Shown piece after piece: positions 1-12,500 of a DNA stretch of 64,000 nucleotides. The notes under the pieces are model-generated. The model did not search any database and had not been told where the DNA came from. It was given only the letters and a program-made list of their open reading frames with translations. This DNA comes from Saccostrea echinata (taxonomy: Eukaryota). The DNA lies in assembly GCF_033153115.1 (NCBI RefSeq), contig NW_026889806.1, positions 6,758,001 through 6,822,000 on the forward strand, given 5' to 3'. The translations under genes and the position numbers were made by a program. Within the stretch, counting starts at the first letter, position 1, and every line of letters begins with the position of its first letter.

Positions 1-1459
1 CCAAGACCGTTAATTTCTGTTTTGGTAAATAAAGTATACAAGTATGTAATTAATTAAATATTAGTTAACGGAATACACATACCTTTATCTCTCATTTTTG
101 TTTTATTCCTGAAATATCTTGACGACGTTCGTTTTTTTGACGTGTATGTCACACCAGTCTGACTTTATAATGCCCTAACTTCTATAACGACTCTAACAGT
201 AGCCTAATGCTAATTTACACCAAAAAACAAATCTATCCTTAATCCCTAATGATCCGATTGCTTCATATTTAATATGAAGTCAATGGCTTTTTATCGCTGA
301 AATTAAAATCTGAAGGCTGTAGATTTTAAATAACCTGTGAAAGCCTTACCTTTTTATCGCAGTGGCTAAGTGTCCACACGAGGGTTCGGCTCTCTCTTTG
401 TTCACCGCAGCCCTAGACAGTCAAGTCCAATACGAGACAACATGTTCTTTGCATAAATTAATATTTTTGCTGCAGAGGTGGAATTGATGGCGGGAGAAAT
501 CCGTATTGGTAACGGAAAAATTCTTCATCTGTCAGTCCTGGATTAAATTATCAATCAATAATCGAGTTTTATTTTATAACACACCAACATGTGTTCTGTG
601 AAATTGGTTTTAATTAAACAATTGATAAAGATATTTCTCTTTTTTAAGGGATTAGATCAGAAAGTCCATTTAAATGCATGTTTTATTTTTAAAAACTGGT
701 CAAAATTCTTTTGTTTTAAAATATCAAACTATATTTGTAATAGTAAGGTATTTAAGGCCAGCATAAATCACCAACAAAAGGAATATTTCTCTAGGAAAAA
801 GGTTATTTTAGTAAGCAATGGAATTCAAAAAACGTACGTTTGCAATTCACTAGAGATGGCACATAGGTAGGATACGTATTTGACAAACTCTATTTTTTTC
901 GAGTGCTATCGATCATTGTTACATAAGTGTCATTCTTTAAAAAAAAATTCACAAGAAATGCAACATCATCGCAAGCCATGGAATTTTGTGTCCTTTGGTG
1001 GAACCTCAGTGGCATCTGAAGACAGAGTCCATTAACTAAAGAGTCTTTTCTTGGCTTGTTTCCCTTCGCTATCTTATTTACATTTCTTTCCAACACCGAC
1101 TAAGTTAAGTTTTGTATGGATTTATCGGTAATCAAATTTAGCATCTTCAAGAGAAACTAGTGTGAATCGTGAGAATACAGGTTTTATCACAATTCATTTT
1201 CCGTGGTCTGTACAAGAGGCCTGTAATCCACAAAGCTCACACGAGTCATCTTCCTTAATCTAGCAAATTTTAAATAGGGAAAACGTTTCTTGACATCATG
1301 GCCATGACTTGAACACTATTGAAACGTCACTGTACAGAGCTATTATCCGCGAAAAATTAGAGTACAGTTCCAAAATTTAGGGTAAGCAGCATGGCTAAAA
1401 TACAAAAACTCCTTTACGAACCTTCTGCATCTAAAACCTTTTGTATTCTTAAACGAATC

Positions 1460-1700
1460 CCTATATGTCAAGGTTGATATTGTTAGCTATTAATACAAAA
1501 GAACCTCTCTGTTCAAAGCAATTGATACAAAAAGAACGAGGTTGATGTAGTTACATGTAATTGTTGATACAAAAGAATCCCTGTGTTGAGGTTGATGTTA
1601 GCTATTAATACAAAAGAATCCCTGTGTTGAGGATGACGTTGTTAGCTATTGATACAAAAGAACCTAGTGTTGAGGTTGATGTTAGGGATCCGTATGTCAA
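1460..1700. repeat. Degenerate ~41-bp minisatellite
   Basis: About 5-6 copies of gttagctattaatacaaaagaatccctgtgttgaggttgat. Confidence 0.8.
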
Positions 1701-1889
1701 AGTTTATATTGTAAGCAGTCGATTTATCAGTTACCTGTCCAACAGAAAAGTAGGATTTTCTAAATGGTAATTCCAAACTAACTCCATCCCCAGAAATGCT
1801 TAAGAAGTAAATGTTTTTCAGTGAACTTGGTGTTATGAACAACATTAGCTCTGCATGCAGACATATTCCATGTCGCCGTTAGGATGTTA

Positions 1890-2380
1890 TTGTCTTCCCT
1901 GCGTGGTAAATATATTACCATGATTACTCAAGATTGTCCATTGTGTGTGGCAAATACATTACCATGATTGCTCAAGATTGTCCTTTGTGTGTGGTAAATA
2001 CATTACCATGATTGCTCAAGATTGTATATTGCGAGTGGTAAATACATTACCACGATTGCTCATGATTGTCTATTGATAGTGGTAAATACATTACCATAAT
2101 TGCCAAGACTGTCCATTGAGTGTGGTAAATACATTACCACGATTGCTCAAGATTGTCCATTGAGAGTGGTAAATACATTATCATGATTGCTCAAGATTGT
2201 CCACCGATGCAGTAAATACATTACCATGATTTTTCAAGATTGTCCATTGTGTGCGGTATACATTACCATGATTGCTAAAAATTGTCAATTGAGTGTACAT
2301 GTATTAAATACATTTATATGATTGCTAAAAATTGTCAATTGGGTGTACATGTATTAAATACACCACCATGATTGTCCATT
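1890..2380. repeat. 44-bp minisatellite
   Basis: About 11 copies of gtggtaaatacattaccatgattgctcaagattgtccattgtgt; period 44 (1905, 1949, 1993, 2037...). Confidence 0.9.
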
Positions 2381-4146
2381 TAGTACTAATTCTACTTTTC
2401 TTAAGTATTCAGGATAAGGTTTACTTTGTGAAAGTGCAAGGATGTGTCAATCAAACGCGTCCCGAAATTCGTAGTTTTAATAATTTCCAGATAGAATTTT
2501 TATTATATTTCCGTGTTAGATCATAATAAATCAATGAATAGAATTTAAAACATGATTGTGACGTAAACTTTTTGTTTGTGTTGTCCATTCTATAGCTTAA
2601 TGTTGAGCTAACTCCCCAAACAATCCATTAAGTTACCTGTAAGTGTCCATTCTTTTTAAGTCACCTGTAAGTGTCCATTCTTGAGAAGAAGTCGAAAATG
2701 TGAAAAGTTTACAGACAGATGGACAGCTAGACAGACGGACGCCAGACAAAATGTGATCAGAAAAATCACAAAATTTCTTATGTTTTCTCAGTAATGTGAA
2801 TATTAGACATATCACTGTGGAAATCTGTTATTGAAAATTGATCAATAAAGAAAAACAAAAACATTGTACATGTCCAAGCATTTGAAAAAAATCTGAACTT
2901 CCTACACAAATACAAGCTCGCTTTTTTCTACTAAAATTTGGTGTTATAAGCACTTGGTATTTTTATTGTAAGACTGAGATTTGAAAAACTTTTTCAGTTC
3001 AATATTTTAAATTTTTATATCAGTCTTTAACAATTTGTTACTTATATTAAAACAATGTAAATTTCGTTACTTTTAAGCCCCATGGACCACAAAGTAAGCT
3101 ATATCCGTAAATTCATTTTATCAGGTTTTATTATAACCATAAAATTTTACAAGGATTTGTTAAGAATTCTAGTGGGGATCCTGAAAAACTTCGTAATGTC
3201 CGAGTTTGTACTAAAGAAGTTTTACTGTATTGCTAAAAGGAAGCAGTTATATTATTGCTACAGGAACCAGTTATTTTTATATGTAAATCCTACCTCAGTT
3301 TTCCTTCCAAGACCCAAGTCTGATCACAGATCTAATGACAGAGTTCCCAAACTTTGTCCACAAAGAGAGAATATGTGAAAAATCCTCAAATCCAGGGCCC
3401 TTAACTCTAGGCAGGTGCTCCATCAAGTGACATATATCTGGCAACTTATAAATTTCCTAATCAACACAATTGTCCTCCTTTAATGACTTGTCTTGCAAAG
3501 AGATCAACCTCATCTCTGAGAGAAATTGTTTAAACCAGGATTCAAGCCCTGACACCCCAAACACAAGGTGCTCTTTCAAACTATCTGACCATTGTTGAAA
3601 TGGATTGCCTGAGGCCACAATCCCTCAATTCATACTGACAAGCCTTCCAGCTGAATGATTGTCAATTCCTGGGAATTCTCATCACACCAAATAAGCGAGA
3701 AAGATGCTGCAGATCAGAAAAAAAAAATTGAACCCAGCATCCTGAATGACAGTGATATTTTCTTTCAGACCAAGTGAACCTCCTCAACAGCCACATAAGT
3801 ACAGCAGAGTTATCTTTCCTAAAGTCTTTGGAGATCAAAAAGTAAAAAAATATACCTTTGCCACGCACACATTAAAGGGAAAAACAGGAGGTTGGTTATA
3901 GACTCAAGCTGAATGTAACACTCTAACAGTATTGCTATTTTCACCCCACTCCCTCGGATTAAAGGAGGGGGTGGGTGGGTTATTACCTACTCACTCTATT
4001 ACTCTCTCTCATTAAGGCTATTTAGGGGTTTGCTAACAGTACATATCCATACAGCACTGTTCCTGTACTAATCTGTCCCTTTCTTAAACCTCCAAACTTA
4101 ACTTTAAGTACAACAAAAAACTTAGAGGTGCATGGTTTATAACAAA

Positions 4147-4152
4147 TTTATT
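4147..4152 (-). terminator. Putative polyadenylation signal of the MGA-like gene (3'UTR ~1.5 kb)
   Basis: AATAAA on the minus strand at 4147-4152, downstream of the stop codon; position only. Confidence 0.4.
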
Positions 4153-5511
4153 GTTCTGCATTTTTGCTATGATACCCGCATCAAGCTATAAGCTAGCTTT
4201 AGTGTATAGCAACACATCAAGCTATTTATGTACAAAAAAACAGAAAACATGTCTGCATTGTAAAGATACTTGCATGGAAATGTCCGTTACATTTCTCTAA
4301 TTAAGATAAACATATTTAATGAACCAAACACTTTAAGGGCATACACAGAGGATACTTCTTAATAAAGTAATACACCTCACGACATACAAACAAATCCATA
4401 CAACTTCTCCTTCTCATCAATAAACACAAATACACAAAATTAATCAGATATAAACACAATCACGCTTGGCTAGCACTGAATTGTCACAGGATTTCATAAA
4501 AATTCAAAGACGGAAAATCCTACAGCAATATGAACACATGTGAATATATATATTCATATATATACATACATTATCACAAGTCTGTGTATATCTACAATAC
4601 ACAAAAAAATAGGGTTATAGTCATCTAGGATCCAGAATAATGGTAGGATATTTATGCCTCTATTCACACAATCTGTCAGGGTACACACAAGTCAGCTTAA
4701 TTTTTTTATCACATTTAACAGAAAACTTTGTCATTTAAAATAACCATAACATTTTACAGAGCTCTCAATAATGATGTAGCTATATAAATGTAAAGACTCA
4801 GTGGATTTCTTTGTCAAATAAAGTTAATGTTACAGGTAGTGAATCAGGACCTAAAATGAATTCCAGTCTGACCATCACAGAGTTAAACACCTTAACATGT
4901 ATTAATAATGAAGAGCACTGGACTGTATTTGTTTATTTTATATTGGTCAGAAATAAAAGTGACCTACCGGTAATAATCTGGGTCAGCCAATATCCTCTTT
5001 ACTGAAACTTGAAATCAAATCTTTCAATTCCAAATATTTGTAAAAGTTGTCAGAGAAAAATAATTAATATTGTCTGGACTGTCCTACACACCATTTGAAA
5101 CTGTTACTGTAAAAGTTCCTTTAGGATCTGTTTCATGAGGATCATACTAAAACTTAAAAGAGCTGGATTGATTGAACCTTCAATTTTAAGATATGGATCT
5201 GTTGGGTTTTATCTATTTGTAATAACATTAAGAGTGTGTGGAAGGACTCTCTTCAGTCTTGTGACTGGTACCATATACAGTTCCAATGGAACATTTAAAC
5301 TCAACACACTACATTCTACTTCTGTTCCATACCTCTACCTTTCAAAGAAGTTAACTCCTTGCAAATCAAACCTCAGATTGAATTTGAAAGTGTGTTCTGA
5401 GTGAGAAATTTTAATTAAACTTAATTAGGACATTGTCAATGGACTGACTACTATCCAGAGGGTGGGGAGAAATCCGACTATTAAAATGTCTAAATATATA
5501 ACAAGGACTTA

Positions 5512-5725
5512 ATTTTGACCTCCATAATGACTACAGTCGTCTGACCCAGACCTTTGACCTCTGCATTAACTATCAATGGCCACAAGACAGAACCTTTGAC
5601 CTCTGTAATGACCATTAGTGTTCTGAAGATACATGTTTGACCTTCAGTGATCTGAGGACAGACTTTTGACCTCCATAATGACCATCAGTGATCTGAGGAC
5701 AGACTTTTGACCTCTGTAATGACTA
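5512..5725 (-). repeat. Degenerate ~41-bp tandem copies of the MGA stop-codon region in the 3'UTR
   Basis: tcagtgatctgaggacagacttttgacctc occurs at 5685 and again at 5644, with more degenerate copies down to ~5512. Confidence 0.75.
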
Positions 5726-6502
5726 ACATAGGTGTCTCTTCCTCTCCATCTTCCAGGTTGTATATCGTTGGTTTGGATTTGGGGCTCTCAGAGGAGACTA
5801 TTTTACCCGTGTTTGACATAGGTACCTCCACTACTGGGTTTGAGTTCAGTCTGTAAACAGTCATCTTCCCAGAGTCATCATATTCGTCAGCAATAATCAC
5901 TTTCTCATCCTCACTGTCCATGTTGTTCAGGGCTTCACTTTTCAGAGTTGGAGAATTATTGACAACTTTACCCTCCTGTGGAGAGTAATTCCCAAGATAA
6001 TCTCCTTTCTTGAACAAACTAGGAAGGTCACCAATTTCAAAACTAAAATCATCACTCATGTTAACCTCATGGATCTGCTTTCGACGATTTTTTTCTTCAC
6101 GTCTCATCAAATCTTCGCAGATTTCATGTTCTTCCTCTGCATAGTCTATGTATATGTCGGGACGGCTGGATATGTTCTCTTTGGACCTGGCTAGCTCCTG
6201 ACTTTTAGCCATTGATCTGACCTGCTCTGAGGACACCATTTGTATTGGTACTGGTCCATTCAAGTTGGATGCCAGGGCAGATCCTGGTGCTCTGGAGAGG
6301 AAACCAGGCCTAGTAAATGGCGAGTTTAACCGGACTGAACCTGGAACATTACCAGATGATCCAGTGGCGGCTCGACGCTCCATGGCTCGCTTTTTCAGTA
6401 TGGCCGGCATGTTCTGGAAAATTTTCTTGCAGACCTTGGAGATCTTATCTAGGTGAGCTTGTAGAACCATCCAAGACATTCCTCTATCTTGTATGATAAA
6501 CT
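5685..6502 (-). CDS. MGA: MGA-like terminal coding exon
   Basis: 264-aa ORF 5685..6479, extended to the acceptor attatttcag ending at 6503 (phase 1); TGA stop at 5685-5687. Confidence 0.85.
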
Positions 6503-9500
6503 CTGAAATAATTGTTTAAATCTTAAAAACTCACGCAATTTTTCCAAAGTTTTGTACAACTGTTCAACGTCGATGCACAAGTAATAGATAAGCAACAAAA
6601 ATTTCCTACTTTCTTTTTTTAAAAACTGCACACGAAAACACATGCCATAACAATGTTTGTTATACAGCCTAACAGTTGACAACAGATTGTAGACTCTTAA
6701 GTCATGAATTAAATGATTGTATCTAACCTCTCAGACTCTTAAGTCATGAATTAACCGACGTAGCTAACCTTTCAGACTCTTTAGTTATGAATTAATCAAT
6801 TGTAGCTGACTTTTATACTCTTAAGTCATGACTTAACACTTTGTAGCGAACCCTTCCAACTCTTTAGTCCTGTCTTAACAGATTATAGCTTACCTTTCAG
6901 ACTCTTTAGTTATGACTTAACAGGTATAACTAACCTTTCAGACTCTTTAGTCATGACTTAACACATTGCAGCTAGCCCTTTCAACTCCTTACTTGTGTCT
7001 TAACAGATTATAGCTTACCTTTCAGACTCTTTAGTTTTGACTGAAGCTGTGCATTCCGTGCCTGAGTTGAGTGCTTATCATTCGTCATCAGACGACTGAT
7101 TTTCTCCATGTGTTCGATCTTTTCTTTAGCCTGTCAAAGAACAAAACTCAAATTACCAGATAAACACTTTTTGGTTGATATTTTGAGGTGCTGCTTGGGA
7201 ATTTAGAAATGGTTAGTACAAATCATGGAAAAATAGATAAACTTTTCAAATAATTTATGAAACTATGTTCCCCTGTACCTGTTTGACACAATGGTTTCTG
7301 AGTTGTACTTGACTGAAGACCCATACTTTACCTAATTGAGGAGTTATATTTTGGCATAAGTATCGCTGTTGACCATATTTTACCTCATTGAGGAGTTGCA
7401 CTTTGGTTTAAGAATAACTAAGGATCTATTTTAAACCTTATTGAGGAGGAACACTTAAAGTTAGGAATGGTTGAGGACCTATACTTTACCTTATTGAGGA
7501 GTTGCAAATTGAGTTCAGTATGGTATTAAGAAACTTAACCTTATTAAGGATTTCTCTTGGGCTCGCTGTAGTTAGGTCCTATAATTTAAATTATTGAGGA
7601 GTTGCACTTTGGGTTTTGGTATGGTTGAGGACCTATATATATTTTACCTTACTGAGGAGCTGCACTTTGGGCTCAGTGTGGTTAAGGACCTATCTTTTAC
7701 CTTATTGAGTAAGTGTACTTTGGACTCAGCATGATTTAGGACCTATACTTTACCTTATTGAGGAGCTGCACTTTGGGCTCAGTGTGGTTGAGTACCTATA
7801 CTTTACCCTATTGAGGAGTTGCACTTTGAGCTCAGTATGGCTGAGGACCTATACTTTACCTTATTGAGGAGCTGCACTTTGGGTTCAGTGTGGTTGAGGA
7901 CCTGTACTATACCTTATTGAGGAGCTGCACTTTGGGTTCAGTGTGGTTGAGAACCTATACTTTACCTTATTGAGTAGCTGTACTTTGGGCTCAGTGTGAT
8001 TGAGGACCTGTACTATACCTTATTGAGGAGCTGAACTTTGGGCTCAGTGTGGTTGAGTACCTATACTTTACCTTATTATCTTCTTGTGGAGTTGCACTTT
8101 GGGCTCAGTATGGTTGAGGACCTACACTTTACCTTATTGAGGAGCTATTCTTTGGGCTTGGTGTGGTTGAGGACCTATACTTTACCTTATTGAGGAGCTG
8201 TACTTCGGGTTCGATGTGGTTGAGGACCTATACTTTACCTTATTGAGGAGCTGTACTTTGGGCTCGGTGTGGTTGAGGATTTGTGAGTACTTGGTATCAT
8301 CTTTGTCCTCTCCATACATTGACTCAGCCAAGGCTTTAAAGGAAATCCTCATTTCCTCACGACGCTGCTTTTCCCTGTCAACAAAATATCCATAGGATAA
8401 GGCATATGCAAACAAATGACTTCTCAAGCAACTCAACAGACATTACATATCTCAAACCATCAAAACAAGAGGTGCTAGTGAAACATGACACCCAAACATT
8501 AATTTAAACTAAGACTGTCTCCACCATTAAATGTGTTATGTATATCATCCCTCATTTGAACAAAGAAATTTAAGTGTCCTTTTTCAAATTTGTTCAAGCT
8601 TATTATATAAAATTTAATTTAAAAAAAATTGATTTCTGTTATGCTTTGCTATATATTCAAAGGTAAGAAGTGACGGAGGTTTTTTTTCTTTTCTTTTTAT
8701 TTTTTTATTTTTTTCATTTTTTTATTTTTTTATTAAAGTTACATCTAAGTAGAAGAGAGAAAAACGGACCTTGTTTTCTTCATCTGAATTTTTCTGGTTT
8801 TGGGGTCTGACAGCACACCCTAAAAGTAAAATAGAAAATCTCTTAGTAAAATGTTTTGTCTCGTCATTCATGAAAGATAAAAATATATGGGTGGATAAAT
8901 AACTGACAAACAGAAAACATTTAATACTGTGAAACCTTGATAACCTAAAATGTTGACAATCAGAAACCTTGACCTTCACCAAGAATCTGAGATCTGGATT
9001 AAATGTCACATTGGATTCTAATCCAAAAGCAAATTCAAGAGAATATACATATCATTTAAACTCTATCAAGTACTTGAAATGTTCTCCTACAGAGAGCTGA
9101 CAATTCTCACCTCTTTGAAGTGGAAATCATCTTTGAGAACATTGGAGATGGTCTTGTGGTTACTTTTACGTTTAGCGTGGGGTTTCTTGTTGATACAGTG
9201 GACATTGCAGTTCGGGTTGAAGAACTCCCACCTATTGTCCGACTGCTTCCTCAGGAGTTTGTTCATGTTGACGTCTGTCTCTGTCTCGATGTCTATCTCT
9301 TCCTGTGAAATATTTAACACAGCAATTATGGTAAAAATCTCCTGTTAGATATTTAACACAGCCATTACAGTAAAAATTGGCTATAAGGAAGTCAGAGGGA
9401 TGTCAAATTTTGCTTCCTTATAAGCCAGATTCTTTATACCAATATCAGAACATAGTACCAAGTCTTCTACTGGATTCTTATACAGAAACTTATAGCTGAA

Positions 9501-12500
9501 ATTTCCTTATCAGCTAAATTATTATAAACAGTTTTACTGTATTTTTTTGTTTTATTTATGGAATAATCTCAATTAATTTAATTATTACTTTAATGTTAAC
9601 ATACACAGTATATGAAACACTGAAAGGGGATTCTTTCCTTCACCATGGAACTTAGTCAATAAAAAATTCAATGAAGATATTCTATTTGTATATATTAATA
9701 AAAAATTCAATAAAGGTTTTCTATTTGCATGTATTAAGTCTAGGCTTACATCTGAGGAGTTGATAATTTCCACACAGTCCTCATTAGGGATAATAACTGC
9801 CATATCATCTGTGTCCTCCACTGTCATACACAGGTCCTCCTCACTCTCCTCAGCCTTCTCCTCGGTCCTCAATTTTTTGTTACCCTCAACTTCCTCCTGG
9901 GATAGTCTGCGCTTCACCGATAGCCCCCATTCCTTCTCTTCAGAGGTCACTCCAGTGTCTGTATCGACAGCAGCCCCTGCCTCACCGGCCTCGTTTTTGG
10001 ATTTGTCCAGATGATTTGGAGTCACGTTATCTGATGCAACAGATGTGTTTCCTGATGGTTTTTTCACAGGTGAATCCAAAATATAGATAACCTCTGGTTC
10101 AGAAGGTTTTTCTGTGTTCTGTTCTACATCACTTTTGTTAACTTGTTCTTCTGCCTCTGATGTCTGATCCTCCTTTGCTTTTCCTTCATCAGTTTCTGTT
10201 TTGTCTCCCCTTTCTCCCTCAGAATCTTTCTGGTCAGCCTCGATTCCTCCAACCACTGTGGCATCCGACTCATCACTCTTATCACAGCTGGAGTCCAGGT
10301 CTGCCCCAGTGTGAAGGCCCCTATTGTCCGGACTCCCACACTCACTCTCAGATTCCACTTCCTGTGTCTTCTCCTTGTCCTCCCGATTTGAATCTTTAAG
10401 CTCCTCATCTCCGTTTATAGGATTACCTGAATTATCTGATCCAGTGGTTTTTGATTCTTCATCTTCTTTACTGCCTATAATACTTTCTTTATCAGTGGTG
10501 GAGGATGGAGTCTCCTCCTTTTTGGCTTTGGTGTCTTCTTTAACAACATCTGCTGTAATGTCTCTGTATTTACTATAAGTCTCTTTAATGGCATCAGAGA
10601 GGAGAATCTTAGCCAGAACACTCTCACTCTCTTTCACATGAGTTCCTCCTTCTGTGGATTTTTTATCCTCACTTTCACTGGTTTTTAATTTCTTTCTCTC
10701 CTCCTCTCTCTCATCATCAAGCTTTCGCTTTACAGAAACACTTTCCACATTTGATTGCTGAGGTACTTCCTCCATTTCCTTGCTGACTTCAGTACTGCTG
10801 CAATCTTCGATGACTTTACTGTTTGTGTCCTCTACCCTTTTGTTCTGGTCATTTCTCGGGTTATCACATGCCTTAAGCTTGTTCAGCAGCTTAAGATTCT
10901 GCTCATCACTGGAAACAAGCAGAATCTGATCTCCGAGTTTGGGCAGCAGTGGCCCCTGAACTTTCTCTGACATGGCCGGTACTGTACTCTGAGTGACTGT
11001 AGTGGACGCATTAGAGACATGAGCTATGTTGGTTGTGGTGGTGGACACATCCGACAGAGTATACACATTCGTTGGATTCTTTATCCCACTCACAGTTTCT
11101 GCCTGGGTCCCTGAATTCACTACAGGCGAGCTCTTTAGGACTGAGGTCATAGGACTTGGTTTCCCATACACTGGTCCAGTAAAAGGAACAAGATGGATGA
11201 CTGGTTTTCCATCCTTATCCAGAATGGAGGACTGGATGATCTTCATCTGTGGCAGAACCTTTGGGATACTAGAGGGAGATGTGAAGGGGCCGAGTAATGT
11301 GACAGGGGAAGACTTGGGACCCAGAACACAAACTTTCTCTTGAACCTGAGTCATACTGAGGCTGGCAGGAGGTCGAAGGTCATGAACCTGCATAGTGTTG
11401 TTACTTACAGGCACTTTAGTTTCAGTGGAAGAAAGAACAGGTGTTGCTAGATATAATGGTTTGGCTACTACTGGTGAAGAGGAAGCTACTGTTTTGTTTT
11501 GGAGGACAGAGTGAAGAGAGACTAGGGTGGACTTGCTGACCACTGACTGGCTAGATTGTCCAGGGGACTGTTTTATCACTGATATGGATGTTACTGGTTT
11601 ATCGGTGGTGACTGATGTGGTTGCAGTAATCACTGAGGTAGCAGTAACATTAATGGGGTTAGACGTTGGATGAGTTTGACTAGGAACCACTGAGGAGGTG
11701 ATTATTGCACCAAGTCTGGAGAAGACCTCACTTCCTTTCACTAATGTTGAGATAATGGGAGTACTGCCTATTGGTTTCTCAGAACTCATCACTATTGTAG
11801 GAGTGGATGAGGATGTTACATAGTTCATCATTGATTTTAATGTGTGGACAGAAGGCGATCCAATGCTTGATATCACAGAGATTGAAGATTCTTGATTTTT
11901 AATGTTGCTAATTCTTGTTGATGGTACGGATGTCAGGGATGAAGTAGTGGTAGACTGAGAAGCTGTGGATGACACTGTAATGGAGTGTGATACTGTAGGG
12001 ACAGCTGGAAGGACTTTGGTTACCGTCACGGTCTGGGGGGTTACCAGTCTGGCTCCACTGCTCTGTATGGTTGTTGATGAGGTGAATATCTGTAATGGGC
12101 TGTGAAGCTGTGAAGGCTTCATCTGAGTCATTTGTTGGGTAGAGATGGGGTGAAGGTGAGATCTGTCAGTGGGCGAGTTTCCATCCTTGTTGACGATGGA
12201 GCGGTTGTTGATCTGAAGTCGACTGAAGCCAGATATTCCTGTCACACCGAGACTAGATTTGTTCATTTCTCCATCACTTACAGGAGCATTCACAGGCTGT
12301 GGGGGCTTGTTTGTAATGTTTACTTTGTCTGGCAGTGAGCTTGATGTATTCTTGTTCTTTACTGTACTATCTAATGGAAGAGCCTTAAACAGTTTAGGAA
12401 AATTCAAATCCCTAGCTGAAATTCTAACTCGGATGGAGAATATTGCAGACGGCATGTTGTTCCTGACTTCAGGTGGAATGGTGGCAGGCTTGCTTGACTT

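Noticed and set aside
1-1400. Possible 5' exon(s) of a neighbouring minus-strand gene (donor AAG|GTATGT near 82)
   Set aside because: No recognisable ORF or homology; a lone donor-like motif is insufficient.
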